Notes under the pieces: generated by a model
What the model was told of the DNA's origin: nothing
The model's database searches: none
Seen by the model: the letters and a program-made list of their open reading frames with translations, nothing else
Shown: piece by piece, positions 49,501-58,619 of the stretch
How positions within the stretch are numbered: position 1 is the first letter of the stretch
Layout of the letters: every line of letters begins with the position of its first letter
Assembly: GCA_964411985.1 (NCBI GenBank)
Contig: CAYPNF010000005.1
Span: 108,974-172,973, forward strand
Origin: an uncultured Verrucomicrobiota bacterium
Lineage (GTDB): Bacteria; Verrucomicrobiota; Verrucomicrobiia; Limisphaerales; J093
Length of the DNA stretch: 64,000 nucleotides
Reading direction: 5' to 3'
Position numbers and translations under genes: made by a program

Positions 49501-50738
49501 GTAATAGCGCGTGCCATGCCGTGAACACCCACGAAAAACCAGAACGCAGTCCGGACGAGGACTTGATTCCTTTTCAGGAGTCCTCGGTCGAGTTGACCAT
49601 CCTGATGCCGTGCCTCGATGAGGCGGAGACCCTGGCAGCTTGCGTGAGCAAGGCCCTTACTTTTCTGAGAACAGCAGGAATCAGCGGGGAAGTCCTCATT
49701 GCTGATAACGGGAGCACCGACGGCTCTCAGGAGATTGGCAGGGCTGCAGGGGCGCGCGTGGTGCAAATCCGGGAAAAAGGATACGGGAGTGCCCTGCGCG
49801 GTGGAATTGAAGCGGCGAAGGGGCGTTACATCATCATGGGGGATGCCGACGACAGTTATGACTTTCTAGCGGCAGCCCCTTTTCTCGAAAAAATGCGCGA
49901 AGGCTGCCAATTGGTCATGGGAAATAGGTTTCTGGGAGGGATCCAACCAGGCGCCATGCCTTTCCTCCATAGATACCTGGGAAACCCGGTGCTGAGTTTT
50001 CTGGGGCGACTCTTCTTTGGCGGACCGATCGGCGATTTTCACTGTGGGCTGCGCGGCTTCGACCGTGAGGCGATCCGGGCGTTGGGACTGCACACCCCCG
50101 GCATGGAGTTTGCCACCGAGATGGTCGTTAAGGCATCAACGGCCGGCTTGAGGATTGGTGAGGTGCCTACGACGCTCTCTCCGGATGGGCGCTCGCGGCC
50201 GCCCCACTTGCGAACGTGGCGGGATGGTTGGCGCCACCTTCGGTTCATGCTGCTGTACAGTCCGCGGTGGCTTTTCCTTTACCCGGGTCTGCTGCTTATG
50301 GTCCTGGGATTCGGCGTGGGCTTCTGGGTCTGGCTAGCACCGCGCAAGATTGGGAGTCTGACCCTCGACGTCCATACGCTTCTTTTCTGTGGTTTGGCTG
50401 GCATGCTTGGCTTTCAAGCGGTCTGCTTTGCGGTCTTCACTAAGGCATTCGCTATCCGCCAGGGACTCCTCCCGCCCGACGCGCGTTTCCAGAACATTCT
50501 CAGGTTTGCCCGCCTTGAGGTGGGACTGATCTTGGGCGGGTTTCTCCTCGCCATGGGTTTCTGGATGGGCTGGCAAGCTTTCTCCACTTGGCAGCATGTC
50601 TCTTTCGGTCCGCTGAATCCTTCGGAGACCTTGCGCCTCGTGATTCCCAGTTTCCTGGCCATCGATTTGGGTGCGCAGGTTTGCCTGACCAGCTTCTTTG
50701 TCACTGTCCTCGGGCTGGGTGCTAGGCAGGCACAATAA
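49422..50738 (+). CDS. GT2-family polyprenyl-phosphate glycosyltransferase (GtrB/ArnC/DPM1-like) with C-terminal TM domain
   Basis: LTILMPCLDEAETL, IADNGSTDGS and IIMGDADDSYDF (DAD) motifs, plus four C-terminal TM helices. The real start may be the GTG near 49521, just after the upstream stop; the ORF tool ATG overlaps the upstream gene by 79 nt. Confidence 0.8.
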   Translation: MDRSLAPGGYLSRPCGYPRFGTRNQIGNSACHAVNTHEKPERSPDEDLIPFQESSVELTILMPCLDEAETLAACVSKALTFLRTAGISGEVLIADNGSTDGSQEIGRAAGARVVQIREKGYGSALRGGIEAAKGRYIIMGDADDSYDFLAAAPFLEKMREGCQLVMGNRFLGGIQPGAMPFLHRYLGNPVLSFLGRLFFGGPIGDFHCGLRGFDREAIRALGLHTPGMEFATEMVVKASTAGLRIGEVPTTLSPDGRSRPPHLRTWRDGWRHLRFMLLYSPRWLFLYPGLLLMVLGFGVGFWVWLAPRKIGSLTLDVHTLLFCGLAGMLGFQAVCFAVFTKAFAIRQGLLPPDARFQNILRFARLEVGLILGGFLLAMGFWMGWQAFSTWQHVSFGPLNPSETLRLVIPSFLAIDLGAQVCLTSFFVTVLGLGARQAQ

Positions 50739-50740
50739 CC

Positions 50741-51301
50741 ATGACCCCTCTAGATCTCCTTTTGCAGAAATGGCGCATTGCCCAGGTCAAACCTTGGGTA
50801 CCAGCGGATGCGCGGGTGCTGGATATCGGCTGCGCGGAGGGGGCACTTTTTGAGCAGTTGGGCAATCGCCTCGCCTCTGGGTTGGGATTGGATCCAGATC
50901 TAAAAGAGTCGAAAACCTGCGGATTGTACAAGCTCTTGCCTGGCGGCTTCCCGGACGGCACGCCGGCAGGGACCGAACCCTTTGATATCATCACGATGCT
51001 CGCCGTCCTGGAGCACGTTCCTTGTGACCTGCAGGAAGACTGGGCGAGGGCTTGCCATCGCTTGTTGAAACCCAACGGCATGGTTCTTATCACGGTGCCT
51101 TCCCCGCTGGTGGACCCCATCCTCCACCTGCTCAGCAAGCTTCGGCTGGTTCATGGAATGTGTCTCGAGCAACACTACGGCTTTGCGGCTGCGAAGACCC
51201 CAGAGATCTTCCGACCCCACGGCTTCACTCTAGTTCGACACCAACGTTTTGAGTTGGGCCTGAACCACTTCTTCGCGTTCCGGAAAACAACCCAGACCTA
51301 A
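50741..51301 (+). CDS. Class I SAM-dependent methyltransferase
   Basis: Motif I VLDIGCAEGALF; short 186-aa Rossmann-type methyltransferase. 2-nt gap after the GT2 gene. Confidence 0.75.
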   Translation: MTPLDLLLQKWRIAQVKPWVPADARVLDIGCAEGALFEQLGNRLASGLGLDPDLKESKTCGLYKLLPGGFPDGTPAGTEPFDIITMLAVLEHVPCDLQEDWARACHRLLKPNGMVLITVPSPLVDPILHLLSKLRLVHGMCLEQHYGFAAAKTPEIFRPHGFTLVRHQRFELGLNHFFAFRKTTQT

Positions 51302-51521
51302 TCTTCGGCCCAAACCCAGCTGGCGATCGCGGTTGACGAAGGAGGCAACAGCGTCCGTTAGATTTGACGATGTCGTGAAGCTGGGCTATTCTCCCCCCCG
51401 CATGGCAAAACCCGCTGGTACTGAGAGGTCACTGGGCAGTTTACCCACCTGACTTGAAACCAGCCGATGTTGTGATTGTTAAGCAGCTAATATTAAAATA
51501 AAGCAGAATCAAATAATTATT

Positions 51522-52265
51522 ATGCGTTCTTATGCACCGAGGCTCCAGGCCTCCTTCCTCTGTGGGTTAGCAGTCGTCACTCTTCCTGGCGTTTTAGGCG
51601 AAGATGCGCCTGAAAATCCCACGGCTTGGAAGAGCAGCGCTGCTCTGAGTCTCACCGCCACCGCTGGCAATACCGAGCAGTTGATGGTGGCTGGTAACCT
51701 CTTGACTGCCAAGAAGTGGGAGAAAAACGAGCTGGGATTTGGCGCCAACTTCACCTATGGCGAAGACCAAGGCGACAAGAACGCGGAGAGCGTGGGTGGT
51801 TTCGGACAGTATAACCGCCTATTCAGCGACAAGTTCTATGTGTACGGCCGCGTGGATGCTTTGCACGATGCGATTGCCGACATCGAGTACCGCGTCTCGC
51901 TGAGCCCGGGTGCTGGTTACTATTTCCTGAAGAATGATCGTTTCACGCTCAGCGGTGAGTTCGGTCCTGGCTACGTTTTTGAAAAGCTGGGTTCCGACAC
52001 GCGTGACTACCTGACCCTGCGTTTTGGGGAGAGGTTCACCTGGAAGATCAGCGACCGCGCGCGGCTCTGGCAGTCGGCGGACTACAATCCCCGAACGGAG
52101 AATTTCGGTGACTACGTACTGAACGCTGAGGTTGGGGTGGAAAGCGACATTTCGAAGCATGTTGCCCTGCAGGCCTATGTTCAGGACAGCTACCGCAGCG
52201 AGCCAGCGGCAGGACGTGAGAGCAACGACCTCAAGGTCATGGCCGGTATCAAATACAAGTTCTAA
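51522..52265 (+). CDS. DUF481 (YdiY-like) outer-membrane beta-barrel protein
   Basis: Signal peptide. Alternating amphipathic beta-strands. C-terminal GIKYKF with terminal Phe. AT-rich sequence immediately upstream. Confidence 0.7.
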   Translation: MRSYAPRLQASFLCGLAVVTLPGVLGEDAPENPTAWKSSAALSLTATAGNTEQLMVAGNLLTAKKWEKNELGFGANFTYGEDQGDKNAESVGGFGQYNRLFSDKFYVYGRVDALHDAIADIEYRVSLSPGAGYYFLKNDRFTLSGEFGPGYVFEKLGSDTRDYLTLRFGERFTWKISDRARLWQSADYNPRTENFGDYVLNAEVGVESDISKHVALQAYVQDSYRSEPAAGRESNDLKVMAGIKYKF

Positions 52266-52290
52266 TCAACGCCCGAAAGAGCATTCTCCT

Positions 52291-52336
52291 GCCCGGTCTG
52301 TGTTTTCCATCAAAACGCAGGCCGGGTTTTTCTTTC
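52291..52336 (+). terminator. Intrinsic terminator after the DUF481 gene, potentially bidirectional for the convergent VWA gene
   Basis: gcccggtctg...(loop)...caggccggg stem followed by tttttctttc. Confidence 0.5.
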
Positions 52337-52366
52337 GTGGGGAAGTCGGGGAACCCCACTTTCCCC

Positions 52367-55237
52367 CTACTGATTCATCTTCTTGGCTGCTCGCTTCTTG
52401 GCGTCCAGCAACCGGCTCGCAGTGGCAACCGGTTTTGGAGCAGGCCCAGCGGTTTTCGCCGTTTCTGACTTCTCCGTAGACCCAGCCTTGGCCTTGGCGA
52501 GTTGGGCCGTGGACTCGCCCTTGGCCGCTTCCACGTTCGCTCCTTCGCTTGCCGGACGGGTGGAGCGCACTTGGTTACGGGTGGCCAGCAGTGCCGTCAG
52601 AGACTCGGTGGATTCAGCCACCGTTTCGGAACGCCGCCAGAAAAAAAGACGCCGACGCACCAATACAGCTACCCGCGACCACTCCTCCCGGTCGAGGAAG
52701 ATCCGTCGCACCGCCACGTCCAGCACGAACAGCACCACCGCAAACTTAAGCAGGCCTTCCCAGAGATCGCGAGGTTGGTAGGTCTTTTGGCGATCGTGCA
52801 GATAGGGGTTTGGAGGCTCCCCTGATGGCGTCCCCATCGACAGAACGCGGCCTCCTCCGGACTCAGCGACCTGTTGCAGGAGGCTATGATTGGGCTCCGT
52901 GGTGCTGAACTCTGGCGAATAGCTGACGGCTGCCCCGACCGACTGGGCCGCAACCGTTTGTCCGTTGCGAATCTCAGCTACATTGAGCAGATAGGCTCCT
53001 ACCTCCGTGGCAGGGAACCTGGCTTCGTATCGTCCTGGCCCTGTCTGCTGAAGCCGAGCCGTGATCCGTTCGCCTTTGGGGCTGACCACAGCGGCCTGCA
53101 AATTCAGGAAACTCCGATAATTGCCCTCCGCATCCATGGCTTCGACCGTGAGAACTCCTTCGCCTCGGTCAATGCTCACCTCCGGGTTCAGGTCTGCCGT
53201 GTCGACTCGCTTCAGCGACCACCTGGCGGTCTGCGACCAAAACTGGCGGTACTTCTCCCATGCCACCCAATCCGCGGCCCATCGGGCTTTGGCGTCCGAG
53301 GTGAAAGCAACGGAGCGACCCAACCCATACTGCCAGTGGGCGAGGACCGGGTCCCCGTTCGGGGAGAGAAGAGGCACTTCGGCCCGTCCCTTGGGTGTGG
53401 CGCACACATATCCTTTGAGTTCTGGATACTCGGAGGCAGAGATGCCGCGAACCAGTTCCGTGGTCGCGGCCAATTGCGGACGGAACGGCTCTTCAAAGAT
53501 GGCCGACTTGAGAATCACCATGGCCTCTTTAATGAAGATCTGGGGCAGGCTTCCCGGGTCTCGTACATCATAGAATCGCCCTCGGCCCTGTTCCGCGATC
53601 CGGATCATCGTTTCTGGCCCAGCGTGTCCAGAGATCAGGACGGTACTGACGGTGATGCGGTCGTTCACGATCGCCTGCATCAGCTCTGAAGTGGGTGGTC
53701 CGGGGTCCCCGTCGCTGAACACGATGATATGCTTTAGGTTCGCAGTCGATTTCTTCAGCCCTTCGTGCGCCATTTCCATCACATGTTGGAAGGTGGGCAG
53801 GTCGCCCTGGTTCATGCCAGAGATTTGCCGGCCGAGTTCTTTCTTGTCGCCAGCTTTCGTCAAGGGGAAGAGCCATCGGTCCGTTCCATCCCAAAGAACC
53901 ACTCCCAGTTCGTCCTGAGGGCCAAGGGCGTCGAGAGCCGCCAGGGCGGTTTCCCGGGCCACCTGGTTGCCGTTGTTGAATTCCATGCCATGCATGATCA
54001 GGGCGAGCGCTCCGCTGGGCAGAACCTTCTTGCTGTTGAGTTCCATGTCGACCGGGAGCGCTTTCTCCAGAGGTGTGCCTCGATACGCCCCGGCCGCATA
54101 CGCTTGATCACCGCCGATGCACACGAGGCCTACCCCAAAGTCCCGGACCGCGCTTTCCAGCAACCGCATGAAAACCTCACCCAGGTCGCCCGCCGCAACG
54201 TTGCTGAGGAACACGGCGTCGAAGCTCTGGATCTCAGCGAGCGAACCCGGGAGAGCGGTGGCATCGACCGCCTTGACTTCCAATCGGGAGGCACGAAGTG
54301 CATTCACCAAGGGCGCGTCTTGCGCGGGATCGGACGAGAGAAGCAGGATGCGCGGGTCACCTCGGACGGCGGCGAAAGTCGAGGCTCGGTTGTTCTGAGC
54401 CACAGGATCGCCTGGGGCCTCCAGTTGCACGTCGTAGCTGTAAAATCCGGCTTCGGTGATGGTTTGTGGGAGAGCGAAGAGGTTCTTGCCTGCACTCAGT
54501 TCCACCGGCTGTTCCCCGAGGAATTGGTTGTTACGAAAGAACCGCAGTTTGGCGCTCCGTGCCCGGTCTGCCTGGGCCAGAATCCGCACCTCGAATGCCT
54601 GCCCGCGTTTGAGCTTGGGGGGGATGGTAAGCTTCTGCAGAGAGACATCCCCGCTGCGGCTGACCCCGAGAGGCACGACATCGAGCGAGACGCCAAGAGT
54701 CCTGGCAGCCGCCATGGCGCTGGCGACGCTTCCGGCGTTCTCGTTGCCATCCGAGAGCAGCACCAGTCTCTTCTGACCCGTCTCGGGAAAGGCTGCACTT
54801 CCCAGGCGCACGGCCGAGGCCGCGTCCGTTCGTTCCCCGCCGATCACCGCCTGGACCTTCTGCACGTCCACGCGCGGGCTAGCCGCACTCTCGATGCTGG
54901 CTCCGTTGCCGAAGACAATCACCCCGCCTTTGTCGATGGTCTTCTTCTTCGCGGAGGCCTGGTTCACATACTCCCGCGCCTGCTCTTGCTGGGTCGTGGG
55001 GATGCTGTCAGAGCGGTCTAGCAGGAAGAAGACCGTCATCCCTTCCAGCGGTTTCAGCCATTGCAGGCCAGTGAGGGCGAGCGCGAGACAAAGGGTGACC
55101 ACCAGACGAACCACGAGCGCGGCCCACTTTCGAACCGGAGTGAGCTGAACATCCGAAGTTCTGCTGAGCCAGACAATCCAGGCTACCGCCAGCGGCAGCA
55201 GGACGATCCAGGCGGGGTTGGTCAGCTGAAACTTCAT
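52367..55237 (-). CDS. Large BatA/BatB-like membrane-anchored VWA-domain protein (~956 aa), last gene of the MoxR operon
   Basis: Start chosen at MKFQLTNPAWIVLLPLAVAWIVWL (BatA_N-like), forming an ATGA overlap with the upstream gene; the ORF tool start is 55390. VWA MIDAS-like LLDRSDS. Lys/Ala-rich C-terminal tail. Confidence 0.75.
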   Translation of the reverse strand: MKFQLTNPAWIVLLPLAVAWIVWLSRTSDVQLTPVRKWAALVVRLVVTLCLALALTGLQWLKPLEGMTVFFLLDRSDSIPTTQQEQAREYVNQASAKKKTIDKGGVIVFGNGASIESAASPRVDVQKVQAVIGGERTDAASAVRLGSAAFPETGQKRLVLLSDGNENAGSVASAMAAARTLGVSLDVVPLGVSRSGDVSLQKLTIPPKLKRGQAFEVRILAQADRARSAKLRFFRNNQFLGEQPVELSAGKNLFALPQTITEAGFYSYDVQLEAPGDPVAQNNRASTFAAVRGDPRILLLSSDPAQDAPLVNALRASRLEVKAVDATALPGSLAEIQSFDAVFLSNVAAGDLGEVFMRLLESAVRDFGVGLVCIGGDQAYAAGAYRGTPLEKALPVDMELNSKKVLPSGALALIMHGMEFNNGNQVARETALAALDALGPQDELGVVLWDGTDRWLFPLTKAGDKKELGRQISGMNQGDLPTFQHVMEMAHEGLKKSTANLKHIIVFSDGDPGPPTSELMQAIVNDRITVSTVLISGHAGPETMIRIAEQGRGRFYDVRDPGSLPQIFIKEAMVILKSAIFEEPFRPQLAATTELVRGISASEYPELKGYVCATPKGRAEVPLLSPNGDPVLAHWQYGLGRSVAFTSDAKARWAADWVAWEKYRQFWSQTARWSLKRVDTADLNPEVSIDRGEGVLTVEAMDAEGNYRSFLNLQAAVVSPKGERITARLQQTGPGRYEARFPATEVGAYLLNVAEIRNGQTVAAQSVGAAVSYSPEFSTTEPNHSLLQQVAESGGGRVLSMGTPSGEPPNPYLHDRQKTYQPRDLWEGLLKFAVVLFVLDVAVRRIFLDREEWSRVAVLVRRRLFFWRRSETVAESTESLTALLATRNQVRSTRPASEGANVEAAKGESTAQLAKAKAGSTEKSETAKTAGPAPKPVATASRLLDAKKRAAKKMNQ

Positions 55238-57642
55238 GACTGGTTTCCTGATGCGATGGGTTTGCCGTTTGCCACTCCTGCTGGACGCGTTGACCCGGAG
55301 AGAGGGTGGCGCCGGGTCAGCTTTTGTACTCGATGGTTTCCCGCGTCCGCGACGTAGAGGTTGCCGCAGGAGTCCAGGGCGACGCCCCACGGGTTGCTGA
55401 ACTCGCCCGGGGCAGTCCCGCGGCAGCCGATGATCTCGCTGCTTTTTCCCCGCGTATCGAAAACCTGGATGCGGCTGTTGCCAAACTCACAGACGAATCG
55501 CATCCCGGTCGCATCGATTTTGACATCGTACGGGTACCCTAATTGGCCGATCCCAGAACCGGGTTCGCCGTAGCTCTCGACCGCTTCCAGCGTTGGGGAC
55601 AGGATCTGGATCCGGTGGTTGCAGGAGTCCGCCACATGAAGATTACCTTGGGCATCCAATCCCAGACCCTCCGGACGGTTAAACTGCCCCAACTCCTTGC
55701 CGTAGGTTCCAATCGACTTGACCCAGTTCGATCCTCCGGCCGAGAAGAGTTGCACCCTCTCGACGACTCCGTACTCGCTCAGGAAAGTCTGGCCTTGTGG
55801 GTTGACCGCGATGGCGCGCGGAAACGAAAGTTCACTCGAATTGGTGCCCTTGCGTCCCCACTGGTGCAGTAAGGTTCCATCCCTCGCATAGGAATTGACC
55901 CGCGAATAGTGTGGCTCCAACACCGTGATCCGACCGTCCTGATCCAGGCACATGCCTTTCGGTTTGCCCAGATCGGTCTGGGGGAGTTGCCACGACTTCA
56001 GGAAGACGCCCGTCGAGGAAAACTTCTGAACCCTTCCGGTCATGTCCACCACATAAAGATTGTCGTCGGCGTCGACTGTGACAGAGCGAGGCTTGTTCAG
56101 TTGGCCGGGATTCGTGCCACGCGAACCAATGACGTCGACCCGCGCGAACAAAGGATCATTCAACTCCCGGGAACTTGGGCTCTTGGGGGAACATCCTGGC
56201 AGTAGAAGACAAAGCGAAACTCCTCCCAGCACCACGGATCTCCTGCCGAGCCAGCCGCTGCCGCTGAGTTGTCGTCCCAACGCTCCCCAGCCCAGGTAGA
56301 GGATTGCGGGAACCATGGCCAACCCCACCAACCAGAGGGTCAGGGCGGTGATCTCCGGGTTGTGGCCGTAGTGGAGAAGGTTGAAAATGCGCAGCGAGGC
56401 GGTCTCGATGCCTGGGGGAATGATGAGCAGAAGGGTCTCCAGATCCCAGAGACAGAGCAGGTAGGTCGCGTACCAGGCGGCGCAGACTTGCGGCAGGATC
56501 TGAGGCCATTCTGCATGCCTGAACACGGTCCAGCGGTGGGAGGTCTCCAGGTGCACCATGTCCGTCAAGGCTGTACCGGCCGACCTTCGAGCCAGGGAAC
56601 TCCCGCCCCAACCGACCACGAAGTAGCGCAGGCACAACGCCAACACCACGATGATGGGGCTGGAATACAGGAGCCCGGTTAGGTCGTGGTTGAAAACGAG
56701 AATCATCGCGAGTCCGATGAGCACTCCGGGGGTGAAGAAGGGAATCCAGACCCACCACCCCAGCCTTTTTCGGTGAAACAGCAGGCCACCTGCAGCGCTC
56801 AGGCTGGCTACGGTTGCGCCAAAGAACAGCGACCAGCCCAGCGTGGGAGCGGAGGCATGGAAGGACGAGACCAGCGAACTTCCCGAAACAGATCCCCAAA
56901 GGAGAAAGACGAGCGGAACGGCGGCAGCCAAGGCAAACGTTATGGCCGTTGTGGCGCGGCAAAACCACAAGAGCGCACTTCCCAGCCGTTGTCTGAAAAC
57001 CTCGTAACCAGCCGTCTTTACGGGCGGGTAGTGGAACTCGCTGGTACTGAGCCACCAAACGCCCGCCAGTGGCAAGAGGATCATCGGGATGGCCGTCTGC
57101 ATGGCTGCCATGTAATCCCAAGTCGTGCTAAACCGGACGTAGAACTCGGCTGGGAAGACCTTCACCTGGAGAATGGACGGTATGGTGAATTGGTTGAACG
57201 TGAGTACAAAAACCACCAAGCCCGAGTGGAGCAAGCCAGCTTTAGCGGCTGGCCAAAGGAGGTGTTGAGCCAGCAGTCCTCCGGACAGGTCGGGTTCTGC
57301 TTCCAAAAGTGAGTTGCCCAGCCGCATCAAGGCCCCTGCGACGGCGAAAGCCGGCAAAGGCCAGTAAAGCAGGGCCAGTAGCCAGGAGGCACCTCCCAAA
57401 GAGTAGATGGAGCAGGGGATGATGCCGCGCAGACTTCCCTCATGGCCGAGCAGGGCCAACCAACAGTCAGCTACGAGAAACGGGGGCAGCATCAGGACCA
57501 GAATGGCCGTCATCGTGAGGAACCTGCGGAGCCTGGGCCCAGACGCCAGCCAGCAAAGCGCTGCTATGCTTCCCAAGGCCAGCGCACCGGTAGTGGCGAG
57601 CAGACTTGAGGCGAGTGAGTTCAGTAGCAGGCTCCAGCTCAT
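55234..57642 (-). CDS. Fused double ABC-transporter permease (FbpB/ThiP-like, ~12 TM) with a C-terminal six-bladed NHL-repeat beta-propeller
   Basis: N-terminal 470 aa contain two permease halves (~12 hydrophobic helices). C-terminal 330 aa carry six NHL repeats: LNKPRSVTVDADDNLYVVD, FPRAIAVNPQGQTFLSEYG, FNRPEGLGLDAQGNLHVADSCNHRIQIL, FSNPWGVALDSCGNLYVADAGNHRVQKL and two more. Confidence 0.75.
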   Translation of the reverse strand: MSWSLLLNSLASSLLATTGALALGSIAALCWLASGPRLRRFLTMTAILVLMLPPFLVADCWLALLGHEGSLRGIIPCSIYSLGGASWLLALLYWPLPAFAVAGALMRLGNSLLEAEPDLSGGLLAQHLLWPAAKAGLLHSGLVVFVLTFNQFTIPSILQVKVFPAEFYVRFSTTWDYMAAMQTAIPMILLPLAGVWWLSTSEFHYPPVKTAGYEVFRQRLGSALLWFCRATTAITFALAAAVPLVFLLWGSVSGSSLVSSFHASAPTLGWSLFFGATVASLSAAGGLLFHRKRLGWWVWIPFFTPGVLIGLAMILVFNHDLTGLLYSSPIIVVLALCLRYFVVGWGGSSLARRSAGTALTDMVHLETSHRWTVFRHAEWPQILPQVCAAWYATYLLCLWDLETLLLIIPPGIETASLRIFNLLHYGHNPEITALTLWLVGLAMVPAILYLGWGALGRQLSGSGWLGRRSVVLGGVSLCLLLPGCSPKSPSSRELNDPLFARVDVIGSRGTNPGQLNKPRSVTVDADDNLYVVDMTGRVQKFSSTGVFLKSWQLPQTDLGKPKGMCLDQDGRITVLEPHYSRVNSYARDGTLLHQWGRKGTNSSELSFPRAIAVNPQGQTFLSEYGVVERVQLFSAGGSNWVKSIGTYGKELGQFNRPEGLGLDAQGNLHVADSCNHRIQILSPTLEAVESYGEPGSGIGQLGYPYDVKIDATGMRFVCEFGNSRIQVFDTRGKSSEIIGCRGTAPGEFSNPWGVALDSCGNLYVADAGNHRVQKLTRRHPLSGSTRPAGVANGKPIASGNQS

Positions 57643-57643
57643 T

Positions 57644-58609
57644 CTATCTTACAAAAAGGGTCTCAAGTTTCGTGGTTGTATCCACCAATTCCTTCGCGAG
57701 GTCGGTTAACAGTCGGTCCCAGTCGGTCTGCAGCGTCGCTTGTCCCACTCGCGAGGGATCCTCTCCCTCCAGTGCATCGGCTTTCACCAAAGCCTGGAGC
57801 GTCGATGACGAACGCAGGAATTCCGCTAACCGCTCCGCTTCGGTCGGGTGGGGACACCGTGCGACGATCCCCACGCTGTTCCGAATGAGAAGCATCTCCT
57901 CGCTCAGATCCAGGATGGCTATGGGGGCTCCACGGCGAAGCTGCCCTAGGGCGTCGTCGGAGTCGGTTAGGCCGATCCAGGCTTCCCCGGACGCGACCAA
58001 CTTGGCAACCACGGAATTCCCGTCCACCACCATGACCTTGTTGATGAGAAGGTCTTGGCACCAGCGATGCCAGCGCTCCTCACCCCAGCGTTGGTGGAGG
58101 GCTGCGAAGTGGGCTGCGGTGGTCCCAAACACGGGATAAGCCATCGCGACCTTGCCGCGCCAGGCGAACTGGGTGAGGTCCGCCAGAGAGCGGGGGGCCT
58201 GTGTTGCCTGGAGATGGTTGGTGTTGTAGATCAGTCGGCGGCTCCGGTACCCAACGCTGAACCATCCGTTGGTTTCGCGGAAAACTCCTGCCGTCGCGAG
58301 TTGCCTCGTGCGCAGCTCTTCGTTGCTCCAGAAGACGTCGCACTGCGGGCGTGCCTTCTCCGCCAGTAACCGGTTGGCCAGGCCGACGGTCTTCACTGCT
58401 TCGCTGTCGTATACCGCGCGCACTTGGATTCCGGTTTGTTCGGTGAACTTGCGCAGGAGGGGCTCGGCAAAGACCTGGTCCTGGGAAGTGTAGATCACCA
58501 CTTGGGGAGTCGGAGGAGCACAGCCGAACAGGGCCAGCACCAGGCATAACAGAGCCAGGAATCCGTGCAGCGGATGCCAAGTTCGTGGTGATGCAGGAGG
58601 AGGGCGCAT
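57644..58609 (-). CDS. ABC transporter periplasmic substrate-binding lipoprotein (FbpA/ThiB/PotD-cluster, iron(III)/thiamine-type)
   Basis: Lipobox LALFGC at the internal Met start; the ORF tool start 58675 overlaps the upstream gene. Type II SBP pattern. Confidence 0.7.
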   Translation of the reverse strand: MRPPPASPRTWHPLHGFLALLCLVLALFGCAPPTPQVVIYTSQDQVFAEPLLRKFTEQTGIQVRAVYDSEAVKTVGLANRLLAEKARPQCDVFWSNEELRTRQLATAGVFRETNGWFSVGYRSRRLIYNTNHLQATQAPRSLADLTQFAWRGKVAMAYPVFGTTAAHFAALHQRWGEERWHRWCQDLLINKVMVVDGNSVVAKLVASGEAWIGLTDSDDALGQLRRGAPIAILDLSEEMLLIRNSVGIVARCPHPTEAERLAEFLRSSSTLQALVKADALEGEDPSRVGQATLQTDWDRLLTDLAKELVDTTTKLETLFVR

Positions 58610-58619
58610 GAGGTGTTGG

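Noticed and set aside
56156-57121. 321-aa minus-strand ORF in an alternative frame within the permease-NHL gene
   Set aside because: Same strand but out of frame with a gene that has clear TM and NHL motifs; Arg/Pro-rich translation.
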